DNA from: Candidatus Thorarchaeota archaeon
GTDB taxonomy: Archaea > Asgardarchaeota > Thorarchaeia > Thorarchaeales > Thorarchaeaceae
Length of the DNA: 25,209 nt
Assembly: GCA_016933575.1 (NCBI GenBank)
Contig: JAFGAR010000032.1
Span: 1-25,209 of the forward strand
Direction of reading: 5' to 3'
Positions 1 through 8,810 of the stretch are shown in pieces. The notes under the pieces are model-generated. The model worked only from the letters and a program-made list of their open reading frames with translations, was not told the DNA's origin and did not search any database. Both the position numbers and the translations under genes were made by a program. Each line of letters opens with the position of its first letter. Position 1 is the first letter of the stretch.

Positions 1-476
1 AAATCAACGTCACCACGTTGAAATGCAGCAGCAGCAGTTGTCTGGGTACTGAATACTTCTACCAAAGTGTCAAAACTAAGAATTATGGTTACATCAGGTT
101 CTTCAGATGGAACCGATTCAACAGTAAGATTCAACGCATCATTCTCAACTGTAAACCATAGGTATCCATTATCAATGACCTCAAGGACAGCAAGAATGTC
201 CCAATCCTTTGTAATCTCTTGAGCTTCAGGATGATGAGCTGCGACATAATTTGAGAATATCGAGAAGTTTTCCATATCATCCCAAGTAAATGTACCTTCT
301 GATAGCTTTTCCTTGAGGTCTGCTTTCAATGCACGAATCTCTGCTGGAGCCTCATCTAGGTTAAGAGCCTCAGGAGGTGGTGGATTCAAAATTCCATTTA
401 TAATATACAGTGTCGTTGGAATCGTTATTGCTACGATAATGAGTATCGCCAATAGACCCTTTGTTCTGCGTCGCAT
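1..476 (-). CDS. Membrane-anchored SCP2 (sterol carrier protein-2 / alkylsulfatase C-terminal)-like domain protein, 3' end runs off the window
   Basis: Not in the ORF track. Manual translation from ATG at 476: MRRRTKGLLAILIIVAITIPTTLYIINGILNPPPPEAL...EEPDVTIILSFDTLVEVFSTQTTAAAAFQRGDVD. Basic N-terminus plus hydrophobic anchor; the PDVTI...AAAFQRGDV pattern resembles SCP2 domains. Confidence 0.7.
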   Translation of the reverse strand, partial: MRRRTKGLLAILIIVAITIPTTLYIINGILNPPPPEALNLDEAPAEIRALKADLKEKLSEGTFTWDDMENFSIFSNYVAAHHPEAQEITKDWDILAVLEVIDNGYLWFTVENDALNLTVESVPSEEPDVTIILSFDTLVEVFSTQTTAAAAFQRGDVD

Positions 477-746
477 ATCACAACTATCCACGCATTTTGA
501 ATATGAAACTAGAGTGCTGTCACATAGGTAGATTTCTACGCAGTTGAATTCTACCTTCTTATATATTCAAACGTTTTGAGTCGCATGGCGAACGACAATT
601 TCCAATCTTTAAGTAATAAATTCGAAATTGGATTCCTTACTTCATAACGCAGAATCCTGTACAGCAATCCTTATACTAATAGAAAATGCCGATTATTTTA
701 CCTTCAATTGATATCGAACTTGGTGACTTACAGAAGGACGGTTAGC

Positions 747-1499
747 ATGGATTTCGGTTTGTTAATTCTTGTTGCATTGATAGGGCTTGTATCTGGCCTT
801 GGAAGTGGTTTTCTTGGTATTGGTGGTGGCTCAATCCGGATACCACTTCTCAATCTTGTAGGTTTCACGCTAATCTCTTCATTTGGGATGAATCTCATGG
901 CCCTTCCTGTATCGAGTTTGATAGGTGCTACTTCGCAAAGGAAGAATATTGACCGCAGACTTGGAGAATATATGATTCTTGGAGGATCAATTGGGACAGT
1001 ATTGGGGACACTAATTGCATTCTCTCTATCAACAGCTGCAATGTTGCTAGCAATTGTCTTTATCATAGTGTCAATCTTGTCTGTGATTGGTATGAACCTA
1101 AGTTACATACATCCAAATATCTCGGAGGGATTGAAACCATCATTTGCCTCACTCTTTTCCACCTCTTTAGCATGTAACACTTTAACAGGAATGAGGGGTG
1201 GAAGTGAGGGGTCGCTATTTGTACCACTACTTAGGACCTTCAATGTTGAGATGCATAAAGCAATTGCAACAGCTCTCTTCGCAGCAATATTTACTTCACT
1301 TGTAGGAATACTCCTCTATTGGAGCCAACAAGAACTCTTGATAATAGAAGGTCTTGTCCTTCTAATTGGGTCGGGTATTGGCTCAAGACTAGGTAGTATG
1401 GTTTCGATGAATACAAAACCAAGATGGTTGCAGATTGGGCTTACTCTTCTTATTCTAGTGCTTGCAGGCTTACCATTATTGAAAATATTCATTGTGTAA
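747..1499 (+). CDS. Sulfite exporter TauE/SafE family membrane protein
   Basis: GLGSGFLGIGGG motif and its internal-repeat counterpart TGMRGGSEG, about 8 hydrophobic segments. ATG at 747 preferred over TTG at 708. Confidence 0.85.
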   Translation: MDFGLLILVALIGLVSGLGSGFLGIGGGSIRIPLLNLVGFTLISSFGMNLMALPVSSLIGATSQRKNIDRRLGEYMILGGSIGTVLGTLIAFSLSTAAMLLAIVFIIVSILSVIGMNLSYIHPNISEGLKPSFASLFSTSLACNTLTGMRGGSEGSLFVPLLRTFNVEMHKAIATALFAAIFTSLVGILLYWSQQELLIIEGLVLLIGSGIGSRLGSMVSMNTKPRWLQIGLTLLILVLAGLPLLKIFIV

Positions 1500-1556
1500 C
1501 TGAAACATCTGCTACAGATATCACAATCTACTGATTAAAATTGACATAAGAGAACA

Positions 1557-1979
1557 TCAATGTGCAATACTTCTTGCTATCACAGTAAGTACAAGCCCTA
1601 GAGCCAAAGCAGTGTGCAATATTAACCAGGTGAGTATCAAAAGGCCTGCCCATCCAATTGATGCAACCACCCACCAAATCATTAGGATTAGACTAATCAA
1701 CCCAAAACCTGCAGAGATAGCAATGATGAATTTTCCAGTTCGGATATGAGATGTCGTAAGCAAATATCCCCCAATGATGACAGCAAAACCACCCAACCAA
1801 GCAATTAGCCATAGAATGACCAGTATAATATCAATCAGTAGGTAGAGAGGCGCAAGTGGAGCTATTGAGTGGACCAGAATATAAATCAAAACAATAGTCG
1901 CAGTACCATGTGTATAGTTTGCACCAATGAGCAAAAGCCCACCAATGATACAGAGTGCAAAGGGTGTTTGATTACGCAT
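1557..1979 (-). CDS. Hypothetical integral membrane protein (about 4 TM helices)
   Basis: 140 aa, almost entirely hydrophobic, ATG start with GAGG upstream. Confidence 0.75.
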   Translation of the reverse strand: MRNQTPFALCIIGGLLLIGANYTHGTATIVLIYILVHSIAPLAPLYLLIDIILVILWLIAWLGGFAVIIGGYLLTTSHIRTGKFIIAISAGFGLISLILMIWWVVASIGWAGLLILTWLILHTALALGLVLTVIARSIAH

Positions 1980-2065
1980 TTTGCTTCCTCAGGCTTAATG
2001 TGATGTTGAGGTGTTGTACTTTATACACTTTTCGCGAGCAGGAGAAATACATAGCTGCCCAATGA

Positions 2066-2083
2066 TAAGGTAAGGTTTATTTA
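2066..2083 (+). promoter_or_regulatory. Putative archaeal BRE/TATA promoter of the his operon
   Basis: TTTATTTA at 2076-2083 preceded by purine-rich taaggtaagg, implying a start site near 2100-2108. Confidence 0.5.
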
Positions 2084-2096
2084 GCATTAGAATCGG

Positions 2097-2318
2097 AAAC
2101 GAGTTGGAGTTGAATGACGTGAGGAATTGCGTTCATCAAAGGTGGTTGTGTTCACTAAGAGACCTACCACTAATATAGAAAATACAGATGAATCTCACTC
2201 AGAACACTCTCTCAATACTACTTGTTTCAGAATCTCTTGTCTAGTCAGTAGTAGGCTAGCAGTTGGTTCTGATTTTGTAAATCAATTCACTGTCATCAAA
2301 AACGAGTTGGTGTTAGGT
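2097..2318 (+). promoter_or_regulatory. Long structured 5' leader of the his operon (candidate cis-regulatory RNA)
   Basis: Direct repeat aaacgagttgg(a/t)gtt at 2097-2111 and 2300-2314, several complementary segments (see findings), and uORF ATG-ACG-TGA at 2114-2122. Confidence 0.5.
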
Positions 2319-3305
2319 ATGTCTAAAATAAAACTAGCTATTCCAAATGGACACTTGAGTAAAACAACGCTTGAAACCTTCGCACGTGCAGGATACAAGA
2401 TATCTGGTCAGGAGCGAACTTATACACCTATCATCAATGACCACCATATTGAAGTCCGTGTGTTAAGGCCGCAAGAGATTCCCACCTTTGTCGCAGATGG
2501 GCTTCAGGACTTAGGTGTCACAGGGAAGGATTGGCTCAGGGAAACCAATAGTGATGTTGAAATTCTACTCGATTTGGAATATTCCAAAGTTCGAATCGTC
2601 ATTGCAATACCTGAAACTATGAAAGGGATTGAATCTTTGTCAGATTTGATCTGCTCGTTTTCTGGTGAAGATAGACCACTTAGAATATTCACGGAATATC
2701 TAAGGCTTGCATCAAAAGCAATTCGTCATAATCCCATGTATACGGAACTTTATGGGTCTAAAGAACCAATGATAGTAACGCCATGGTGGAAGAAGGGTAC
2801 TAATTCTAAGGTTGGAGTATACCTTTCTTTTGGTGCTACTGAGGCTAAGCCACCGATATTAGCAGATGCTATTATCGAAGTCGCTGATACAGGTGCCTCG
2901 CTAAGACAGAATGGGTTGAGAAAAATTGAAACATTGATGGAATCGACAGCAGTGCTCATTGCCAATAAACAATCAATAATCGATCCAGCTAAACATGAGA
3001 AAATTTGTGATGTTATGACTCTCTTACGAGGTGTAGTTGAAGCACGTCGCAAACTTCACATCTTTGCCAATGTAAAACGTGATAATCTTGATGTATTATT
3101 AATGCAACTACCAGCCCTAAGAAAACCGACTGTGAGTCCATTATCTGATAGTGATTGGGTAGCTATCAATACAGTCATCGATCGAACTGTATTCTTAGAG
3201 ATTATTCCTAAACTTAGGAGATTGGCACAAGGACTTGTTGTATATGAACCACGGCAGGTTTTGTCACTAGATTATATGCAATTAGGAGAGAATAACAATG
3301 AGTGA
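2319..3305 (+). CDS. hisG: ATP phosphoribosyltransferase (long form)
   Basis: KLAIPNGHL, LRPQEIP, DLGVTGKDW, GATEAKP, DTGASLRQNGL, C-terminal regulatory domain (PTVSPLS). ATG at 2319 (MSKIKLAIP) after ggtgttaggt. Confidence 0.95.
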   Translation: MSKIKLAIPNGHLSKTTLETFARAGYKISGQERTYTPIINDHHIEVRVLRPQEIPTFVADGLQDLGVTGKDWLRETNSDVEILLDLEYSKVRIVIAIPETMKGIESLSDLICSFSGEDRPLRIFTEYLRLASKAIRHNPMYTELYGSKEPMIVTPWWKKGTNSKVGVYLSFGATEAKPPILADAIIEVADTGASLRQNGLRKIETLMESTAVLIANKQSIIDPAKHEKICDVMTLLRGVVEARRKLHIFANVKRDNLDVLLMQLPALRKPTVSPLSDSDWVAINTVIDRTVFLEIIPKLRRLAQGLVVYEPRQVLSLDYMQLGENNNE

Positions 3306-4602
3306 TATACCAATTATAGAGATCAAAGATTCTGACGAATTGGATAAGTTCATTACAACTACTAGGAGGCGGACAGAGAGTCAATTAAGTACAGTATCGG
3401 AACAGAAGGTCAAGGGAATAATCAAAAGAGTGCAACGTTATGGCGATAGAGCTATTATTGAATTTACAAGATGGTTTGATAAACTGGATATCTATGCTTC
3501 GAAACTCAGAATAAGTAGAGACACAATCAAAGAGGCTTACAATAGTGTCGAAGACGATGAAGTTGTTGCTCTCAAAGAGATGGCCTCACGATTGACTCAG
3601 TTGGCAAAAAGAACTCTATCGGGAATGTCTTTTTCAATCGATATTGATGGCACTAGTGTTTCCTCGATTGTGAAGCCACTTGAATCAATAGGATGTTATG
3701 TTCCTGGAGGTAGTGCATCATACTCAAGTTCGTTGATGATGTGCGCAATCCCAGCAAGAGTTGCTGGTGTTGAAAGGATTGTTGTATGCACACCACCTAA
3801 GAATGAAGGAGTGCATCCTCTCATATTAGTCGCTGCTGATCTCTGTGGTGTTGATGAGATATATCAAGTTGGAGGAGCACAGGCAATTGCGGCATTGGCA
3901 TATGGAACAGAAACAATTGATCCCGTGCAGAAGATTGTTGGACCGGGTAATATCCATGTCACACTAGCAAAAATTATGGTTGCTCGAGACATATTGATTG
4001 ATTCACCCGCAGGACCAAGTGAACTCTTGGTCATTGCCGATGATTCAGCTTCGCCCAAGATCATTGCATTGGATATGATTTCACAGGCAGAACATAGTGT
4101 AGATGCCATATCGATTCTTGTATCTCCATCAAGAAGACTCTGTGAGGCTGTGAGTCAGGAGATCACCAAATTTGTCCCAATATCACAAAGAAGAGATACT
4201 ATTACTGAATCGCTCAAACAAAAGGGAGGAATATTTGTCAGTGATACACTTGACAGCGCTATCGAACTAGTCAACAAATTTGCAGCCGAACATGTGGAGA
4301 TATTGACAGAAAATCCAAGAGTAATTGCTGATAGAATAACATCCGCAGGGTTAATTCTCCTAGGCAATTTTACGCCAGTAGCTGCTAGCGATTATTGTCT
4401 AGGAGTCAATCATGTGTTGCCAACTCAAGGGTATGCCACCTCTTACTCAGGACTCACTGCTTTAGATTTCGTTAGAATTGTCAATGTCGTCGAATCGACT
4501 AAAGATAGCCTAGCAAGAATAGTTGACTTTGTTTCTACACTTGCACAATCAGAGGGTTTACCGAACCACGCAAAGGCAATCCAGGGGAGGTTTAAAGAAT
4601 GA
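3298..4602 (+). CDS. hisD: Histidinol dehydrogenase
   Basis: GCYVPGG, VGGAQAIAALAYGTE, GPGN, PAGPSE, QAEH, DYCLGVNHVLPT. Confidence 0.97.
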   Translation: MSDIPIIEIKDSDELDKFITTTRRRTESQLSTVSEQKVKGIIKRVQRYGDRAIIEFTRWFDKLDIYASKLRISRDTIKEAYNSVEDDEVVALKEMASRLTQLAKRTLSGMSFSIDIDGTSVSSIVKPLESIGCYVPGGSASYSSSLMMCAIPARVAGVERIVVCTPPKNEGVHPLILVAADLCGVDEIYQVGGAQAIAALAYGTETIDPVQKIVGPGNIHVTLAKIMVARDILIDSPAGPSELLVIADDSASPKIIALDMISQAEHSVDAISILVSPSRRLCEAVSQEITKFVPISQRRDTITESLKQKGGIFVSDTLDSAIELVNKFAAEHVEILTENPRVIADRITSAGLILLGNFTPVAASDYCLGVNHVLPTQGYATSYSGLTALDFVRIVNVVESTKDSLARIVDFVSTLAQSEGLPNHAKAIQGRFKE

Positions 4603-5690
4603 ACTACTACTTGGAGAGGAAAATATTTCATTTGAGGTCTCTTGGATCATATTCTGATCAGAATTCTGAGATACCAAGTAAGGATGAAAAGGGATTACTA
4701 AAACTAGATAGTAATGAGAATCTTCAACTACCAAAGTCCTTTATCAAAAAAATTCTCGGAGATGCAGCTGAATCTACTGACCCAAGAGTCTATGCAGATG
4801 GGCAGAGAGAAGAACTTATTCAATTACTCGGACACCATTTCAACGTTGATCCTGATACTCTCGTAATTGCTTCGGGGGGAGATGAACTCATTCAAGGCAT
4901 AACTAGTTCGTTAATGACTTCGAATGATACCGGAGTGACTATTGAGCCAACATATTCTATGTACAGATATCTCCTCAAGTCGTTTGGACGAAAAAGAAGG
5001 ATGATTCGTCTTAGCGAGGATTTCTCACTAGACATGGAAAGTGTTCGAGAAAATCTAGCTGGAACAGATGAAGTTGTCTTCATATGCTCTCCTAACAATC
5101 CCACAGGAAATCAATTTCCAAGAGATAGTATCAGAGAACTACTAGAGTCAACCAAGGGTTTCGTCGTTCTAGATGAAGCATATGCAGATTATGCACCAGA
5201 ATCGCTAGTAGCAATGGTCAATGATTATGACAATCTACTTGTCCTAAGGACCTTCTCTAAAGCATTTGGGATTGCAGGAATGAGAATTGGCTTTGCTATA
5301 ACAAATAGCGCGCTAGCAGAATCAATTCAGAAATTCGCCATTTTACCCTATCCTGTTTCAAGTTACTCGATGGCAGTGGGTTCATTGATACTGAAGAATC
5401 TTGATGTAGTGCGGAGAACAATTTCTCAAGTGAGCGAAACCCGAGAGAAATTCGTTCAAGAACTCATGCAAGTAAGAGATGTTGTAGTATATCCTTCTGT
5501 TACCAACTTTGTGCTGATTGAAATTCCAGAACTCTCCTCAACCTTTGCTTACAAGATGAAACAACAAGGGATCAAAATCAGGATAGTTGATTGGATTGCC
5601 AATGAAAGGAATTTCGTACGAATCACCATTCCGCCCATTGACCAGCTAAAGCGTGTCGTGCGAGTCTTCAAGGAGGTGCTTGCTCAATGA
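4599..5690 (+). CDS. hisC: Histidinol-phosphate aminotransferase
   Basis: LDSNEN, CSPNNPTG, DEAY, RTFSKAFGIAGMRIG (PLP lysine). ATGA overlap with hisD. Confidence 0.95.
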   Translation: MNYYLERKIFHLRSLGSYSDQNSEIPSKDEKGLLKLDSNENLQLPKSFIKKILGDAAESTDPRVYADGQREELIQLLGHHFNVDPDTLVIASGGDELIQGITSSLMTSNDTGVTIEPTYSMYRYLLKSFGRKRRMIRLSEDFSLDMESVRENLAGTDEVVFICSPNNPTGNQFPRDSIRELLESTKGFVVLDEAYADYAPESLVAMVNDYDNLLVLRTFSKAFGIAGMRIGFAITNSALAESIQKFAILPYPVSSYSMAVGSLILKNLDVVRRTISQVSETREKFVQELMQVRDVVVYPSVTNFVLIEIPELSSTFAYKMKQQGIKIRIVDWIANERNFVRITIPPIDQLKRVVRVFKEVLAQ

Positions 5691-6262
5691 GATACTCAGA
5701 GATATCACGGAAGACTCTAGAAACTGATATCTATGTATCCGTCAACCTCGATGGGCAAGGCGTTGCGAAACTGGATTTTGAACCGATTTTCATGAAACAC
5801 ATGGTTACCGCGATGACTGTTCACAGTTCATTTGACGTGAAAGTTGTAGCGAAGGGTGATCTCAATCATCATATTATCGAGGATATCGCGTTGTGTCTAG
5901 GTCAAGCAATCAGAGAGGCGATTGGGGATACAGGAAAAATCGCCAGATACGGACAAGCAATCATTCCTATGGACTGCTCTCTCGCGTTGGCCGCCGTTGA
6001 TATCTGTAATAGATCCTATTCAGTAGTAGATCTATGTTCTCAAGTCAGTTTCGTTGAGGATACGCAATGTGAAGATGTAGAACACTTTCTTAGGTCTTTT
6101 TCAACCAATTTAGGGAGTACTATCCATTTGAAAGTCTTCTATGGAATGAATGAACACCACAAGATAGAAGCAACCTTCAAGGCTCTTGGAAAGGCTTTGA
6201 AACAAGCTGTTGTTATCCGAGAAGAGAAATCTCCACAGACAAGTTCCAAGGGGATACTATGA
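5687..6262 (+). CDS. hisB: Imidazoleglycerol-phosphate dehydratase (monofunctional)
   Basis: RKTLETDI, HHIIED, PMD, NEHHKIEATFKA. Confidence 0.95.
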   Translation: MRYSEISRKTLETDIYVSVNLDGQGVAKLDFEPIFMKHMVTAMTVHSSFDVKVVAKGDLNHHIIEDIALCLGQAIREAIGDTGKIARYGQAIIPMDCSLALAAVDICNRSYSVVDLCSQVSFVEDTQCEDVEHFLRSFSTNLGSTIHLKVFYGMNEHHKIEATFKALGKALKQAVVIREEKSPQTSSKGIL

Positions 6263-6864
6263 TGAAAGTCGGCGTAATCAATTATGGAGCTGGCAATCTA
6301 TTAAGTATCCTCAATGGACTTAAGCGTACTGGGATAGAAACGTTAGTCATCACAAACCCAGTGGAATTGAAGGAACTTGATGCAGTTGTTATTCCTGGTG
6401 TTGGCAATTTTGCCCATGCATCTGGTGCTCTTGAGCCCTTCAGAGAAATCTTTCGCGACATAATCAAAGAGGGACGTTATGTTCTGGGAATTTGTTTGGG
6501 AATGCAAATCTTGTTTGAAAACAGTGAGGAAGGAGTAGGCGAAGGCCTCGGCGCTTTGAAAGGAAGAGTAGTCCGGTTTTCTCCAGAAGTAAAAGTTCCA
6601 CACATGGGTTGGAACACTCTAGATATCATAAAACAGACGCAAATGACGGATGGTATAAGCGACTCAGATTATTTCTACTTTGTTCACTCCTATTATGCGA
6701 CAGGTTTGGCGGGTTCTCACATCGTTGCGAGAACGGATTACAGTGTAAAATTTCCCTCAATGATAGTTAAGGACTCGTTAGTTGGTGTTCAATTCCATCC
6801 TGAAAAATCAAGTAAGAATGGTGTTCGAGTCCTACAGAATTTCAGAGATATGATTTCGAGGTGA
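6259..6864 (+). CDS. hisH: Imidazole glycerol phosphate synthase, glutaminase subunit
   Basis: YGAGNL, PGVG, GICLGMQ, VPHMGWN, YFVHSY, QFHPEKS. Confidence 0.97.
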   Translation: MMKVGVINYGAGNLLSILNGLKRTGIETLVITNPVELKELDAVVIPGVGNFAHASGALEPFREIFRDIIKEGRYVLGICLGMQILFENSEEGVGEGLGALKGRVVRFSPEVKVPHMGWNTLDIIKQTQMTDGISDSDYFYFVHSYYATGLAGSHIVARTDYSVKFPSMIVKDSLVGVQFHPEKSSKNGVRVLQNFRDMISR

Positions 6865-6865
6865 G

Positions 6866-7591
6866 ATGATGAAAATATATCCGGCAATCGATATCATGAA
6901 TGGAAATGTTGTAAGACTGAAATCGGGAGATCCTAGTACTATCATTGACTACTCACAATTGGGTAATCCATTAGACGTTGCATTACTATGGGAGAGTCAA
7001 GGTGCACAAATACTCCATATCATAGACCTAGACAGTGCTTTTGGAAATGGCAATAACATCTCTTGGATTTCAAAAATCATCAATGAAATATCAGTACCTA
7101 TTCAGGTCGGCGGGGGACTTCGAACAAGGGCAATGATAACAGATTACCTCGATCTTGGCGTAGATCGAGTAATACTAGGGTCTCTTGTGATTCATTATCC
7201 AGAAATTGTTCTTGATATTGGTCAGAACTATGGCTTAGGTCGTATTGTGATATCATTAGATTACAGGAATAGCTGTTTAGTTACTGATGGTTGGAGAAGA
7301 GAAGAAAATTATGATGTCGGGGATCTCTTGTCAGCTTTTCGTTCCAGAGGATTCTGTAATTTTTTGATGACATCGGTCGATAATGATGGACATCTCCAAG
7401 GACCAGATCTTCGCTTAGTCAATATCAGTAAGACAATATCTGATGTCATAGTTGCAGGAGGTGTATCATCGAAAGATGATATCAGAATTCTTGCTTCACA
7501 AGGCTTTGCAGGAGCAGTGGTTGGTAGGGTGCTCTATGAAAACAGGTTAACACTAGTTGAGGCGATAAGTGCAGGCAGGGAATTGAAATGA
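6866..7591 (+). CDS. hisA: ProFAR isomerase
   Basis: IYPAIDIMNGNVVRL, HIIDLD, QVGGGLR, AGGVSS. Confidence 0.95.
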   Translation: MMKIYPAIDIMNGNVVRLKSGDPSTIIDYSQLGNPLDVALLWESQGAQILHIIDLDSAFGNGNNISWISKIINEISVPIQVGGGLRTRAMITDYLDLGVDRVILGSLVIHYPEIVLDIGQNYGLGRIVISLDYRNSCLVTDGWRREENYDVGDLLSAFRSRGFCNFLMTSVDNDGHLQGPDLRLVNISKTISDVIVAGGVSSKDDIRILASQGFAGAVVGRVLYENRLTLVEAISAGRELK

Positions 7592-8370
7592 CTTTAGCAA
7601 AGAGATTAATTGCATGCTTGGATGTGACAAAAGGGCGAGTTGTCAAGGGTGTGAATTTTGAGAATCTAACAGACATCGGGAATCCAGTGAAATTGGCAAA
7701 ACAATATTGTGATGACGGAACTGATGAGTTGGTCTTTCTTGACATCTGCGCTTCAGGAGAAAGAAGGCAACCTTTGTATGAATTGATAAGAGATGTTGCC
7801 TCAGAACTCACTATTCCATTCACAGTAGGAGGTGGAATACGCACAGTTGAAGAGGTTAGAGATATTTTGTCTAAAGGAGCTGACAAGGTTTCAATCAATA
7901 CTGCCGCTGTTGAGTCACCACACTTGATTGAAAAACTCTCTCAAAGATTCGGAAACCAGTGTATTGTAATCGCAATCGATGCTAAGAGAAATGAACACAA
8001 TAGATCGATGGCGTCAAATCCAATTTATGAGGTCTATACATACGGAGGGAAGAAGAATACAGGAATTGATGTTATTGATTGGGCTCATATAGTCGAGTCT
8101 TTAGGAGCTGGAGAAATTCTTCTAACATCAATGGATAGAGATGGTACTAGGGAAGGATATGATGTTGAACTCACCAGAGCTGTATCTGAAGTCGTGGGAA
8201 TTCCTGTTATTGCATCAGGAGGCGCAGCAGGGCCTCGAAGCTTTCTTGATGTTCTGACCATTGGGAAAGCTGATGCAGCACTTGCAGCCTCATCCTTTCA
8301 CTACAACCAATACCCGATATCGTATGTTAAAAGATACCTTTCAGAGAATGGAGTAGACGTGAGAGTATGA
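7588..8370 (+). CDS. hisF: Imidazole glycerol phosphate synthase, cyclase subunit
   Basis: [47 protein letters not shown]. Confidence 0.97.
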   Translation: MTLAKRLIACLDVTKGRVVKGVNFENLTDIGNPVKLAKQYCDDGTDELVFLDICASGERRQPLYELIRDVASELTIPFTVGGGIRTVEEVRDILSKGADKVSINTAAVESPHLIEKLSQRFGNQCIVIAIDAKRNEHNRSMASNPIYEVYTYGGKKNTGIDVIDWAHIVESLGAGEILLTSMDRDGTREGYDVELTRAVSEVVGIPVIASGGAAGPRSFLDVLTIGKADAALAASSFHYNQYPISYVKRYLSENGVDVRV

Positions 8371-8702
8371 AAGATATTGGAATTGGCGATCTTGATTTCG
8401 ATAAAAACTCAGGGCTTATCCCTGTAGTTGTTCAAGATTTCGAATCACGAGAAGTGCTAACGTTGGCATATGTGAATAGAGAAGCTCTGGACTTGACAAT
8501 ACAAACTGGTTTGGCATACTTCTATCGAAGGTCACACGGTAAGGTGATGATGAAAGGAGTCACATCAGGGAATATTCAGAGGGTAGTGAGCATTCTAGCT
8601 GATTGTGACGTTGATGCTATTATCTATCTAGTTCATCCATCTGGTCCAGCATGTCATAAGGGAGAGGTGAGCTGTTTTCATTTTTCGATAAGCAATAGTT
8701 AG
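8367..8702 (+). CDS. hisI: Phosphoribosyl-AMP cyclohydrolase (stand-alone, no fused HisE)
   Basis: GLIPVVVQD, KGVTSGN, DCDVDA, ACHKGEVSCF; only 111 aa. Confidence 0.93.
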   Translation: MKDIGIGDLDFDKNSGLIPVVVQDFESREVLTLAYVNREALDLTIQTGLAYFYRRSHGKVMMKGVTSGNIQRVVSILADCDVDAIIYLVHPSGPACHKGEVSCFHFSISNS

Positions 8703-8712
8703 TGATTCCATA

Positions 8713-8750
8713 TGGTGGGAGAATAATTCCTCCTACCAACTTTCATTCTT
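8713..8750 (+). terminator. Hairpin directly after the his operon (terminator or 3' stabiliser)
   Basis: tggtgggag (8713-8721) pairs with ctcctacca (8730-8738): 9 bp with one G-U and an 8-nt loop, followed by pyrimidine-rich actttcattctt, 10 nt after the hisI stop. Confidence 0.5.
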
Positions 8751-8810
8751 AGAAGATGGTTAGAAAAGCATAATTGCGTCCGTACTGTTTCGTGGATATG
8801 TGGTGATTTT

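Noticed and set aside
313-531. 72-aa plus-strand ORF
   Set aside because: Antisense shadow of the minus-strand SCP2-like gene.
2114-2243. His-rich leader peptide or T-box upstream of hisG
   Set aside because: The short ORFs (MT, VRNCVHQRWLCSLRDLPLI, MNLTQNTLSILLVSESLV) have no His run, and aaaggtggttgtg lacks the ACC of the T-box UGGNACC bulge.
2127-2318. TTG start at 2127 as the true hisG start
   Set aside because: HisG homology begins at MSKIKLAIP (ATG 2319), which has an SD-like sequence. The extension is kept only as a speculative finding.
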